From Cyanidioschyzon merolae (lineage: Eukaryota): 64,000 nucleotides of DNA. The notes beneath the pieces were generated by a model, which saw nothing but the letters and a program-made list of their open reading frames with translations, searched no databases and was not told the origin of the DNA. The stretch is taken from NCBI GenBank assembly GCA_000091205.1, contig AP006499.2; one strand, given 5' to 3'. Shown here in pieces: positions 44,601 through 54,712 of the stretch. Positions within the stretch are counted from its first letter, which is position 1, and the number at the start of each line of letters is the position of its first letter. The translations under genes were made by a program, and so were the position numbers.

Positions 44601-45303
44601 CGGCTCCGTAATCTACAAAACCTATGCATCACAGGCGCTGACGAATAATCGGCTCGAGGAGAAGGATATCGAGTTTCTGCGGAATATTCAAAACATGCTC
44701 AGCATGGACGAGGCAACGTGCAGGACGCTGCTCCAAGAGACAAAGGAGGCGCGCGCAGGCTTCCTCTTTGACAAGATCTTCTCTCGCACATTTGGGATGG
44801 CGGAAGCGGTGGCAGAGTTTCGACGCGTGTGTCGCGAGCTTGACGTTGATCCTGTGCGGGACCTGAAACTCACCGAGGATCGTCGTGTTCGAGCTTTTCG
44901 GGCAGAGATAGAGCACGCCATTGAGAACGGACTCATTACGCCTGAGAACCAAAGTCTGCTGAAGGAGTCTCAAGAAGAACTGGGGATTTCAGCGGAAAAA
45001 GCTCGACAGGTTTTGCTCGACTGCATCCAGGATCGCTGCGAGGCGCTCATCGTGCAGGCGGCAGCGTCTCTGCGTCAACGTCGTCAAGAGGGCGCAGCGC
45101 GAGACTTGAGCCGAGCGCTGCGCTTTGGCAAGTTGCTTCCGTTCCAGGTGCAGACGCCCACGGTGACGGGTGCAGAGCGCCAAGAGCTCTACCTGGTGTA
45201 CCAGGCGTATGCGCTGGGCACCGCCCGCTCTAATGCCGAGAACGATCAGGTGAAAGAGGATCTCGCGCTGCTGCGAGAGATGTTGGGAATCCAAGCCGCC
45301 TAA
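41647..45303 (+). CDS. TIC110: Tic110-like protein (chloroplast inner-envelope translocon scaffold)
   Basis: 1218 aa. An N-terminal presequence is followed by two predicted TM helices (WRVLFSVLLAATIGAAAAGV; AAGFAAGALPTAALAVVML). A large domain then follows, built from at least 12 helical repeats that each begin with an L..LR..L(G/D)L(S/D)..EA-type motif (LKALRSAFGLSHVD; LARLRNVFDLSESE; LQEARRLLDIDAGDA; LARLRELLQLDSEA; LERLRQRLCLDERRA; LAHLGNILGLTSAEV; LRNIQNMLSMDEAT; LKESQEELGISAEKA; LALLREMLGIQAA). This is the architecture I recall for Tic110. Confidence 0.65.
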   Translation: MQSPAEALSQQHAQGWHFTRGPFAVLGFVNLFPAGAGSNFATRNLLRKGRCSKQQLRGKRWCCVRGFRVERQSLQAAAEVPTPYRFALGRAPVERAKAAGPISQQHARSEEELNELVAKRFLELVRSEGTGPVGVPAQLVKPAWLEWSDRMATRLAGLGQVWRVLFSVLLAATIGAAAAGVTPPGRRRAAGFAAGALPTAALAVVMLRRGRSIGAPRALASALVESTVAVSTKNMPSASDDQRRRADDNGGEDTESDDNGATSSNAPPRLGLASHIDPEMIQRVAIQYGMQPDAPSWKLETLVGLYERYLLALVQTSGTPRVSEVRQLKALRSAFGLSHVDVGDAHHQVAMRFRRENFVYIDDYIRAQDVDDRNYDEIFRERAQDVNQKLSKLLFLSARVLDDPTEPEEAYRYEMARLRNVFDLSESEFQARVRDIAVPFYQTAVRKAVWLLEQGRSITLEKLRSAREMLDVDDGTASRLHLEAYGALVQRLLQAHSNEKVPRLSAKDMSVLQEARRLLDIDAGDADALLRDAAEPLYQQEVERVVESADLRIPTAHGRLAVRREELGLSVELARTAAEKWIRGRVTAILKDATRALRVQNLTMTIEELNRLLGLIRRSLSIIHGVVWEEVVPNSAEQRTVNASLERIMSVLLDELADLERQQLYRVYLAKCLEDRMIDAQEGRNLDDLRAVLRISENEAAQAYNRAAGPVYREAVLEVMANRSEFTDADIQSLNQIAGDLHIPAKVAHDIRMELYRERLEASTRDNRVPSEEESSQLARLRELLQLDSEALAALHASVCAGTYAQSVDECMGSNGIIPEPYRAGLERLRQRLCLDERRARELFLQVARRRMAGYVQRAIKLLQKKQSFRGQDEERDVGDDPFVRRAGAFLGIEAGTITIELSNLIDFYIRNGILEMENEQAVYPVNLRGVFDLNILQEMYRQYLIQSFAAKSRTEKERLFNNLAHLGNILGLTSAEVNAIHSNIGSVIYKTYASQALTNNRLEEKDIEFLRNIQNMLSMDEATCRTLLQETKEARAGFLFDKIFSRTFGMAEAVAEFRRVCRELDVDPVRDLKLTEDRRVRAFRAEIEHAIENGLITPENQSLLKESQEELGISAEKARQVLLDCIQDRCEALIVQAAASLRQRRQEGAARDLSRALRFGKLLPFQVQTPTVTGAERQELYLVYQAYALGTARSNAENDQVKEDLALLREMLGIQAA

Positions 45304-45560
45304 AGCGATCGCTCACCGTGAAGCCCCAAAAGTTCTAGGCTTCTCTGCTTCAAAGCGAATGATACCAGGTCGAAGACGTGACACCTCTTCATGTGATCAC
45401 GTCCGATCGAGTACAAGCTGACGGTTGATGTTGGCATCGCACCAATTCGCGCAGAAAACTTGCGGGAGTCTTCTGTCGCAGGAAAAAACGATGCCAGGTC
45501 GGGCGTGTCGCGGGTTCCTCGCGCCAGCATTCCCGATTCTATGTTCGCGTCCAGACAAGT

Positions 45561-47366
45561 CTAGGTAGGCGCTTGTAGCTTACGAAGGGCAGATTCGCGT
45601 AGAAAACTTGCGGGTGCTTGCTGGAGCGCCGCTATGAGCACGAGGCGTTGCTCCGCAACCACCGCAGGATAGCGATTGAGGAGCAGGTGCACCAGTTTGG
45701 CAAAACGCAAACCCGCACGTTGCAGCGTCGGCGCATTAGCATGTGCTTCGAGGGCTTGTGCCAGCCGAGCACCAACGTTCGAGTCCAGCACCGCCGGTTG
45801 CAGTCGCTTCAACGAGCACTCGAGGACCTGAAGGGTGTGCTCGGTCCAGGGTTCACATAGTTGCCGTTCCAGCAATTCGTGGAGCATCTCGCGCCGAAAC
45901 GCCGGCTCCCAGTCCCCCTCGAGGATCTGAACACAGAGCTCGGCCTGTGGGGCACCCAGCGGTTGCAAGCACGCCACGCTTGGACCCTGGCATGTAGCCG
46001 AGCAGGTCAGCAATGGATATAAAAGTTGCTCCAAGAGGATGCGCGGGCACTGACGCTGCAAGGAGCGAACGACGCCAAGCACTGAACGAGGTGCCGGTTG
46101 TTTGAGCTGCCGCACCAGCCGAAGCAGAAACGTCCGTGTCCCGCTTTCTATGCAACATACGCTTACCCTTTCGGGAAGTTTCAACATCGTCTCTAGACAA
46201 TAAAGCAAATCGACAGACGAGGCACTCTGGGCATCCAGAATTTCCCAGTCGGCTGCAGTACGAAGTCGATCAATGGCTAATGGCGGTGATGGTTCCTTCG
46301 AGCCGAGATCATCCTCGCGGAGCTTTCTGAGCCATTCGAGCACCTGCTGAGCGTCTTCGCCCCGCATATTCGGTGAACATGGGGCACGAAGCGCGCCTTG
46401 GTCTGCCACGACATGCGGCGATCCAGGGGAAACGTCTTCGCCCTCATTGGATGTTCTTGACGCAGGCGGTGGCGCGTGGGCTTCGGTCGACAGCGGCACT
46501 GCCTCCGCTACTTTGATGCGCTTGCCTTGATGCATCTCTGAATCAGGCGGTTCACCGAAGCGCGTCCAGCATTGCTCCCAGAGTATCTTCATGTATGGGT
46601 CGTCTGCGAAAGCTTCGCCCATGCGATCGTGGAGACAGGATTGACAAGCTGCACATCGACCAGCTATCCAGCGCGGCATCGTCAGCGGCAGCGGTAAAGG
46701 TGCCGGTGAAAGTGCCCGCAAACGGCCCTGTCGAGGCATGCCCAGGTCATTGCGGGTCAACGCAGTCCTCGAATGGATATCGGAGAGGATCGTCGTATCA
46801 TCGCCCGAGGTCTCGTTCGCGGAACCTGACCGCTTCAGCAGTGTGTCGACGGTATCGTGATAAGCTGGGTTCTCGGCAACTGGCACCCCAGCCGGTTGCT
46901 CGAGTACGAACGCTGCATTCGCTACCGCGTGCTGCGGTCTATGTGTACTAGACTGCGAGGTTCTGAGCACGTTTTCGTCGGTCCACGCACCTAACTGGCC
47001 CGACTGCAGCGGTTTTGTAGGTTTGTCTGTGCACAGTTCCCCAGGTGTCCTGCGCTGCACTTTAACGCCCGTCTGCAGCACCGCGTCCACTCGATCTAAT
47101 ATATAATCTTTCAGCAGAAAGTGCACTTTATCTTGACGGAAGCACTGTGGATACCGCAGTAAAATCAGAAAAGCGTGCCTTTGGACACGAGCAGGTAAAG
47201 CGCTCAGACGCACTCGTTGTGCTGTGTCTGAAGGGACTGCTGCGAGCCAACGGAACAGCGCTTCAGCGGCTGCTGGGTTCGTCTGCAGTGTTCTGTCTAC
47301 GAGAGGCCAAAGAAGCCAAGGCCCCTGGAGTAGCCGGTGCCAGTCGGGGCCGTGCTTTTGCTGCAT
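45561..47366 (-). CDS. Hypothetical protein (601 aa), Leu-rich helical C-terminal half, unassigned
   Basis: It is a long ORF with the same codon usage and GC profile as its neighbours, converging on Tic110 with a 258 bp gap. I recognised no motifs. Confidence 0.45.
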   Translation of the reverse strand: MQQKHGPDWHRLLQGPWLLWPLVDRTLQTNPAAAEALFRWLAAVPSDTAQRVRLSALPARVQRHAFLILLRYPQCFRQDKVHFLLKDYILDRVDAVLQTGVKVQRRTPGELCTDKPTKPLQSGQLGAWTDENVLRTSQSSTHRPQHAVANAAFVLEQPAGVPVAENPAYHDTVDTLLKRSGSANETSGDDTTILSDIHSRTALTRNDLGMPRQGRLRALSPAPLPLPLTMPRWIAGRCAACQSCLHDRMGEAFADDPYMKILWEQCWTRFGEPPDSEMHQGKRIKVAEAVPLSTEAHAPPPASRTSNEGEDVSPGSPHVVADQGALRAPCSPNMRGEDAQQVLEWLRKLREDDLGSKEPSPPLAIDRLRTAADWEILDAQSASSVDLLYCLETMLKLPERVSVCCIESGTRTFLLRLVRQLKQPAPRSVLGVVRSLQRQCPRILLEQLLYPLLTCSATCQGPSVACLQPLGAPQAELCVQILEGDWEPAFRREMLHELLERQLCEPWTEHTLQVLECSLKRLQPAVLDSNVGARLAQALEAHANAPTLQRAGLRFAKLVHLLLNRYPAVVAEQRLVLIAALQQAPASFLRESALRKLQAPT

Positions 47367-49183
47367 CAGCTGCGGCTATCAGCCGCAAGAGGCTGGTGCG
47401 TCTGTCTGAAGCGCTTTGTCTGCGAGGCGACAAAGCAGCAACCGCTTCTGGAGTAGCCGGTGCTAGTCCGAGTCAGGTGCTCTAAGTATGCGCCACGGAT
47501 ACTGACTGCTAGGTACTGTCGAGTCGAAGACAGGTCACATTCGGGGTTCCAGATGCCTTATGGACCATAACGCGTCAGTCTGCACAGCTCTGAATGACGG
47601 TATCGTGTTTCTCAAAACCAAGGAGCAAATGCAGCGATCCACAAAGATGCGGCATTGGTAGACTCATGGAAGTGCTCGCGCACAAGCAGCTGAGACGAGT
47701 GCCTCCAAGTCCCGAAGACATTTTATTCGAATCCCCTGGTTCCAAAAACAACCTACGTTGCCCTGGGCGCTGGGTCTTTTGTCCGGAGGTATTGGTGTCT
47801 AAATCGGCTCGGTCTGTCTGGGAACTTGCAAGAACGTAGTGGACGGAGCTGTCCAGACAATGCTTATGATCCCGAATTTTTTGGGATCCAGTCTCTCGTG
47901 GTACATTGCGCATTCATGAGTATCGACATATAGTCTGTGGAGTGTGGAAACTGGCGTCTGCAATGGAAGGCTGGTCGTTTTTCTGGGCACTGATAACCAT
48001 CCCACACATGAGCATCCTTGTAGATTCATCTCGAGCCTTTATCATGAACAACTACGAGGTCGGCTTTTAGAGAGCGGAAGACGTCTTGCCGTACGGCTCG
48101 CTTCGCATCATTCGGTGTCGTTACACTGCCTGTGGAATACCCAGAGCAGTGATTTCGGGAATGCCCGCACCAGCATACCATTCATTTCTGTAATTTTCTT
48201 GGTGAAGATATTGAACGGTAGGAAATTGTCCTGTGGATTGGAGGGAGGGGCGGCGAGACCCTACGTTGTCAGTGCTCGCCTGCGAAAAAAACGAGCTACC
48301 TTCCACGAGTCAGTTATTCTGCTGTTAGCAGTTGAATGGACCACCTACTTCCTAGTTCCTACAACGAACGTCGTGTACTCGAAAAGCGACTTAACTAACC
48401 GGATCTAAGCATTTGCATACTAGTGAAACCAATGCCATTCAACACGTCTTGCCGAAAATATGACTAAAGAAGCCACAGGACACCGCGTCTCGGTACCGTT
48501 CGTGCGAATATTGATAAGAGGACACAAGTGGAAAAAACGGAAAATGCACGTTTCCGTCAGAGACCGTTGCGCAAGGAAACACACATGATCGAAGAGGCTC
48601 TGAAATGCGAACGTTCAAGACAGGAAAGACGAATGGAGTCCCATTACATAAGATTTTCTTCGAAGGCAATGATGGACCTGTAGATGGATACTCATAGAGG
48701 GACAGATTGCTGTTCGTAAAGAGGCGACTAGCGAGAATGCTCACGAAATCAACTGTGGCAGCGTTTGAATCCCGTTGTCTCCAATAAATTGCTGAACGCA
48801 CAAGATCGTTCAAAACCTCATTTGCCGTCGAAGAATGCTTCGACGGCTTCTCCTTTCCGAATTTTTCCGTCCTGTTGGTAAGCAAAATAGGTTTGTGTCA
48901 GTCAAATGCTATCGTGGGGTACCCAATTGTGATTTGCGTTGGGCTGCGCTTTGCACCAGGCCATTCGCCCGGATTCAGTCGAGTCGAAGTCGTCGTCTCG
49001 GATACAAAACATCACTTCCATGCTGATTTATCAATAGATGAGTCGTTCGCATCCCTGAAATCAAAATATGCGGGACGCCATGAAAGATCGCATAACCTTT
49101 TAGTCGAGGGCGTCTCGCCAGCCTTCGCCAGCCCTGACGCACCTCGTCAAGAAACCATTCGTAATGGTTCCCGACGCAAGGCG

Positions 49184-49744
49184 GCCATTTTCCCACATTC
49201 CTCAGAGTATGGTCGATGAAATCCCTCGTACGACAAGAGCATAGATATTCGGGGCCATTTTCCCACATTCCCCAGAGTATGGTCGATGAAATCCCTCGTA
49301 CGACAAGAGCATAGACATTCGGGGCCATTTTCCCACATTCCTCAGAGTATGGCCGATGATACCCCTCGTATGACAAGAGCATAGATATTCGGGGCCATTT
49401 TCCCACATTCCTCAGAGTATGGTCGATGAAATCCCTCGTACGACAAGAGCATAGATATTCGGGGCCATTTTCCCACATTCCTCAGAGTATGGCCGATGAT
49501 ACCCCTCGTATGACAAGAGCATAGATATTCGGGGCCATTTTCCCACATTCCTCAGAGTATGGTCGATGAAATCCCTCGTACGACAAGAGCATAGATATTC
49601 GGGGCCATTTTCCCACATTCCTCAGAGTATGGTCGATGAAATCCCTCGTACGACAAGAGCATAGATATTCGGGGCCATTTTCCCACATTCCTCAGAGTAT
49701 GGTCGATGAAATCCCTCGTACGACAAGAGCATAGATATTCGGGA
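49184..49744. repeat. Minisatellite: 70-bp unit x 8, with two alternating sequence variants
   Basis: The unit ggccattttcccacattcctcagagtatggtcgatgaaatccctcgtacgacaagagcatagatattcgg starts every 70 bp from 49184. Units 3 and 5 carry the variant ggccgatgatacccctcgtatgac. The array sits in an AT-richer (about 45% GC), gene-poor interval. Confidence 0.9.
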
Positions 49745-51822
49745 CAGATGCTGCACTACGACCTGATCGAAGCGTCAGAGATTTGCATACACGAATCCTA
49801 GCAGACCTTGGCGCGTCGTCGCACCGTCTCGTCAGTCGGAACACCTGCAACGAAGGAGCTAAAATGAACCGAAAACTATCTTCAAAAACCCAAAACCATA
49901 TGCGGGCCAATCTCGAGCGCTTCTTGAGTCGCGCTGTAGGGGCGTTGTATCCGTTGTACGGTCTCCGTACCGTCCCCGAAAAGTGGGAAATGACACAAAT
50001 GATGTTTGGGGCGACGACGGAGGCAACTGACGAGCTACTGGCAGGACAGATCGATATGATAGCGAGTTCGGAGATGATATCGTAAAGAGAGCATTTGTCC
50101 AAACTCGTAGTGTTGTACTGGGCCTCGGAGCCGAGAAACTCGTAGCTCAAGGGTCTTTGGAACGTCAGCCGTGCTTTCATGGCACCGTCCGCGAATACGT
50201 GATGGTGCATAGAGCCTTCTAGAGCAAAGCGGATTGCGTCTTCGAATCCAGCCGCCCGAGTGCTCATAGGCGTCTATTCGATGTGATGCCCATACGTTAC
50301 ATCAAGGTCCATTCTACTTTCATAGGTATGCTGTGGTAGACTGTATGGCCTTCTCGGGGCGTCAGGGCTGGCCCGTACAAGCAAGCAAGACGCTCTCGAA
50401 CAAGTTCGCGAAGAGCATTGGCGGCGCACGTTCAAGGTTCCTCTGTTTCCTGGAGGTAATGGAAAGCGGCTTACACGGATCATGGATACAGACGAGCTAT
50501 CAGTCTGCTTGCTCGTTTTGAAACCTAGGCCTGCGTCGACCAAAGAGACTCGTTGTAAACGGTTGAATGTAGACGAAGAGAAAACTCTTGTGGTGAGCCT
50601 CTATCCCGCAGTCGGGAACATGATTGCTGCCGACGTGCAGAGATATCAAGGGTACAGAGCCAAAAGACCTGAATGGAAAACAGATGAAGCTTCCCAACTT
50701 CTCCAGGGCACGGGATCGTCGAGCGCCGAGTCTAATAGCCGCCAGTGGGCATCACATCGAACGGAATGAGGTCGTCAGGCCGACCCCCTGTCGAAGCTCT
50801 GCGAACCGTATCGAGTAGAGTAGGGGTGATTTGTGCGCTTCATTGAGCGCGCATATGAGCGTCCAAACCGCTCATGCAGACGGTCTGCGGCAAGTGGGCA
50901 TGAGACCAGGCTGAGGTCGCCGGTGGTCTAGGTTGTGCGGGGGCAAGAATCGTGCATTCGCCGACTTGTTCAGAGAGCTGGACAAGAAACCGCCCTGTAA
51001 GGAGTGAGGCTTCATGCCCTTCTCCCTTGCTGGTCGTGTTGCAGAGCGCAAAAGCTGCACCACGATTCCGTTGAAGAGAGCTTATAACTCGTGCAGGAAT
51101 CGATTCTGTACGATTCTCATCGATACGTTCAGGACGGCATATACGCAGCAGGAGAACGTCTGCACGCTCGAACTGGCATACAAAAAGAGAGCGAAAGCGT
51201 GCATGACACGCGACATGGAGTATAGCAGGCTGACCGATCGTTCAATAGCGAGGCAATCGCTCGTGAGACGCCTGCTCTGTTGCGCTTCCACCAGCCACAG
51301 TGCACCCGAGCGCTTCCTGCATCGAGATTCGATCACCTGAATCATTATCCGGAAGTATCTGGGGCCTCCGCAACTTCCAGCGTGTTTGTGTCGATCGAGC
51401 TTTCGACGTTATCGTTTCGTACCCAGTATAGGCTTTCTGCTGGAACGCTGAAGACTTGGTTTGAAATAAAAAAGATCCTTGGCCATGCGGAAAGCAACTC
51501 GTTTCCAGCCTGGACCAACGCTCCAGCACGGTACTGGTTCAGCAGTCTATGAGGCCTGGAGCACCGTATGTATACACCTGGGACAGGTTACCTGGGCAAT
51601 ACGTGAATGATCATAGTATTCCTTTCTCGATTTGCTCCAAATGTCCCAGGCAGCACAGACAAACTTTAGGTACGCAACGTGCGATCGAAAAGTCACAATG
51701 CACCTGCATCCGTACAGGGATCCATTCAAGCGTTGGCACCAGCTGGGCACTGCAGTGCCCCAGTTCATGTCGAGTAGTATTTTCCAACGCGAGCGGGCAC
51801 GTCACCGAACGCTCGCCTATGC

Positions 51823-52118
51823 CACCTGGTCGGATATGCATTTGAACGCCGTCGTGTGCATCAGGCACGCTCCTCGCCCTGCATATCCTACTTTGCCACC
51901 TGGTCGGATATGCATTTGAACGCCGTCGTGTGCATCAGGCACGCTCCTCGCCCTGCATATCCTACTTTGCCACCTGGTCGGATATGCATTTGAACGCCGT
52001 CGTGTGCATCAGGCACGCTCCTCGCCCTGCATATCCTACTTTGCCACCTGGTCGGATATGCATTTGAACGCCGTCGTGTGCATCAGGCACGCTCCTGTCC
52101 CTGCATATCCAACCGGTT
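51823..52118. repeat. Minisatellite: 74-bp unit x 4
   Basis: The unit cacctggtcggatatgcatttgaacgccgtcgtgtgcatcaggcacgctcctcgccctgcatatcctactttgc starts at 51823, 51897, 51971 and 52045. The last unit degenerates. Confidence 0.9.
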
Positions 52119-52283
52119 CGGTACAGGCACCTAACGCGACGCAGGTAGCATGTCCGAAAAAAACAAGCGACGCCTGACGTTGCGTTCATCGCAGGGATGC
52201 ATCGGGGTGCGTCGTGCAGGCGCTTGCCCGCACACCTCTATCACTGCCGCCGAAGCATCCTTCCTGCTTCGTTCACCCACCGT

Positions 52284-54059
52284 TTACAGAGCCTCGGTGC
52301 TTTTTCCTACACCATCTGCTGGTACGGGCGGCCAGTGCATATCTGGCAAATCACCGCGAACGTAATCCTTCAGCACAAGTCGAGCTGCTCGATGACGATC
52401 CGTTTGTGCATGGCTGGTTCGAAAGCCGCGCGCCAAGGCCAAAGTATCCAGAAACGTAGCCGCATCGCAGTGCACCTTCTCGGGAGCAGTTCTGTTGAAC
52501 TTCGGCGGCAACGTCAAGCTGTAGTGGGACGCAAGCTTCGATGCCGGCAACCGGGAGCAGATGAACTGTACAGCGTCCAGTAGGTCACCAGCATGATCGA
52601 TAGGGATCACTCCCGCACAGATCAATTCTGCTCGACTGTGGGCCCACTGTGGAAACACAAGTCCGGGCGCATCACACAGCATGAGGTCTTCGTCTAGCGT
52701 TAGCGTTTGGAAATGTTTCGTTTTGCCGGGGTTCGGCCCGACTGCTGCTTGCGTCTTTCCCAGCAAACAATTCAACGTCGATGATTTGCCTACATTGGGA
52801 TACCCAACGAAACCGACTGTACGACGATGTTGCGGCGATGTACGTGGTCCGCTACTTGTTTGTGACGGTTCAATGGTTGAAAGCAGCCTTCGCACAAGAT
52901 TCATGAGTTGTGTTCGCGAGCACAAATTGCTCGCTTGTACATCGTTTTCGTGGTTCGCATTGGGCGAGCGCTTCTGCGGATCACCGGAAACTGAGCTATG
53001 CCGTGTCCGCTGGGCGTCTGGCGCCTCGCGGGGCTCGCTCCATGTCTCTGCTTCATGCGTCTGGTGAAGCGGGCTTCCTTGTATCGAGTAGGCGCTACCG
53101 TTTGCCCCAGCGGGCGCACCGTTCAGCAGCAGACTGTTCCGAATAATTTCCGTGATCCCGGATGCAGCGTGGTCGTCAGCGCAGATGCCGGACTCCGAAC
53201 GAGACTCGTCGCCTTCAGCAGGCTCGAGAGTGCTTTTCTCGCCCTCTGGATAGAGGGCGGAAAAGAACCAGGCAGTCTGGTTTCGCTCAGCGAAGTAATC
53301 TTTCCAGGCTCGTCGTGCTGCCGGCGTCAACAGATCCGCCTTGTTCAATAAAAGTATACATTTCTTTTCTGGATGTCGCTTTTGCAGGTAACGTTCCAGA
53401 TGTGGGCTGTAGAAGAGCAACGGATGACGAGCATCAAGAACTTGTATGACGAGTTCACTGCGTTCGAGAACTCGCCATAACTGGCGCCAAATTTGGAGGT
53501 TCTTCTCATATGGCGTGAAGAAGCGAGATAAGAGAGAACCCCGCTGCCTTTCCTGGGCAAGTTGCTGTTCAAGAGCGTCCATGCTAGCGCGCCAACGATG
53601 AAAGGCTTGTCGCTCGGATGCAGCCAGTTGCTCCGCGGTCATCCCGCGATTCCATACAGGACGTTCTGGTATAGTTAGCGGAAGCTCTGCACCATGGTCT
53701 GGTGCTGACGGCCCATCTAAAGCCGGTACTGCACCGCGCAGAGTCTCAGCGATCGCATCCGTAGAAGAAACGAGACGGGGCTCGCTGACCACGTTCTGCA
53801 CGGGCAGCGCCGGCTCTGCTGTGAAGTCTCGACCTGCCAGCTCCGCCCGTGCCAGAAGCTCGACCCACTGCACTCGATCGAGAACAGAAGCTGCTGCCTC
53901 TGACTCGGGCAGCAGCAGCAAACTCGAGTCTTCCAGCTCGTGTTGCCGCTGCCGGCGGTAGGCTCGACCACTAAGGTTCTTTCGAGGTCGAGTCAGTGCC
54001 CTTCCTAGACCATCTTTGGGAACACTTCCACTGACTGCGGCTTTACGGTTCCCAGGCAT
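52284..54059 (-). CDS. LSG1: Large-subunit GTPase 1 (LSG1), a circularly permuted YlqF/YawG-family GTPase
   Basis: The G-motif order is permuted: LLLNKADLL (G4) precedes VGFVGYPNVGKSS (G1) and DAPGLVFP (G3). Long colinear matches to LSG1 include YEKNLQIWRQLWRVLERSELVIQVLDARHPLLF and GKTKHFQTLTLDEDLMLCDAPGLVFPQWAHSRAELICAGVIPID. The start is placed at the Met of MPGNRKAAVSGSVPKDGLGRALTR (atg at 54059-54057), which matches the LSG1 N-terminal GxxLGRAL box. The ORF continues upstream to 54227 only through a (GCT GTT)n tract. Confidence 0.88.
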   Translation of the reverse strand: MPGNRKAAVSGSVPKDGLGRALTRPRKNLSGRAYRRQRQHELEDSSLLLLPESEAAASVLDRVQWVELLARAELAGRDFTAEPALPVQNVVSEPRLVSSTDAIAETLRGAVPALDGPSAPDHGAELPLTIPERPVWNRGMTAEQLAASERQAFHRWRASMDALEQQLAQERQRGSLLSRFFTPYEKNLQIWRQLWRVLERSELVIQVLDARHPLLFYSPHLERYLQKRHPEKKCILLLNKADLLTPAARRAWKDYFAERNQTAWFFSALYPEGEKSTLEPAEGDESRSESGICADDHAASGITEIIRNSLLLNGAPAGANGSAYSIQGSPLHQTHEAETWSEPREAPDAQRTRHSSVSGDPQKRSPNANHENDVQASNLCSRTQLMNLVRRLLSTIEPSQTSSGPRTSPQHRRTVGFVGYPNVGKSSTLNCLLGKTQAAVGPNPGKTKHFQTLTLDEDLMLCDAPGLVFPQWAHSRAELICAGVIPIDHAGDLLDAVQFICSRLPASKLASHYSLTLPPKFNRTAPEKVHCDAATFLDTLALARGFRTSHAQTDRHRAARLVLKDYVRGDLPDMHWPPVPADGVGKSTEAL

Positions 54060-54073
54060 GCCTTTGTAGGCAG

Positions 54074-54113
<40 letters not shown>

Positions 54114-54417
54114 TATGGGAATCGAAGCGGTAGTTTCTGGTCTTGCATGGATTCGGAGACGGGGTTGCGGTGCCAAGCGGACCATCCTGGGGGCATCGTT
54201 GACGCCCTCGTCGCTGAAGCAGCTCATATTCTGCCTTTTAGCGGTATCGTGGTAATTGTTCTGGCAGATAAAGGTCTTGCTGATGCCACAGGTACGGAAG
54301 GCAGAGCCCGGATACGCTCTTTGATGCGCTCAGAAGAAAAGTGCTGGCGTTGAGGCAGGCTAGCAGGTTTTCATCTGACCAGCAGCGCGCAGGGGCGGAA
54401 CACTAGCACCGGTAACC

Positions 54418-54712
54418 ACCTTGTTGACCGCTTCCTTGACTCGGGCATGTGTCAAGGAGGTGCTTTGTTTTACAGAAGCTCACAGGACTCGAGATCGTGA
54501 AGTGTGGCGTTCACCACCTTGTTGCCAGCTTCCTTGACTCGGGGATGTGTCAAGGAGGTGCTTTGTTTTACAGAAGCTCACAGGACTCGAGATCGTGAAG
54601 TGTGGCGTTCACCACCTTGTTGCCAGCTTCCTTGACTTTGGCATGTGTCAAGGAGGTGCTTTGTTTTACAGAAGCTCACAGGACTCGAGATCGTGAACTG
54701 TGGCGTGTTTGC
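54418..54712. repeat. Minisatellite: 98-bp unit x 3, in the LSG1 upstream / D-LDH downstream region
   Basis: The unit accttgttgccagcttccttgactcggggatgtgtcaaggaggtgctttgttttacagaagctcacaggactcgagatcgtgaagtgtggcgttcacc starts at 54418, 54516 and 54614. It contains an inverted segment, ccttgacwcgggcatgtgtcaagg. Confidence 0.9.

Noticed and set aside
54059-54227. N-terminal 56-codon extension of the LSG1 ORF
   Set aside because: It consists almost entirely of a (GCT GTT)n-encoded Ala/Val tract. The downstream Met aligns with the conserved LSG1 N-terminal box, so the shorter model is preferred.
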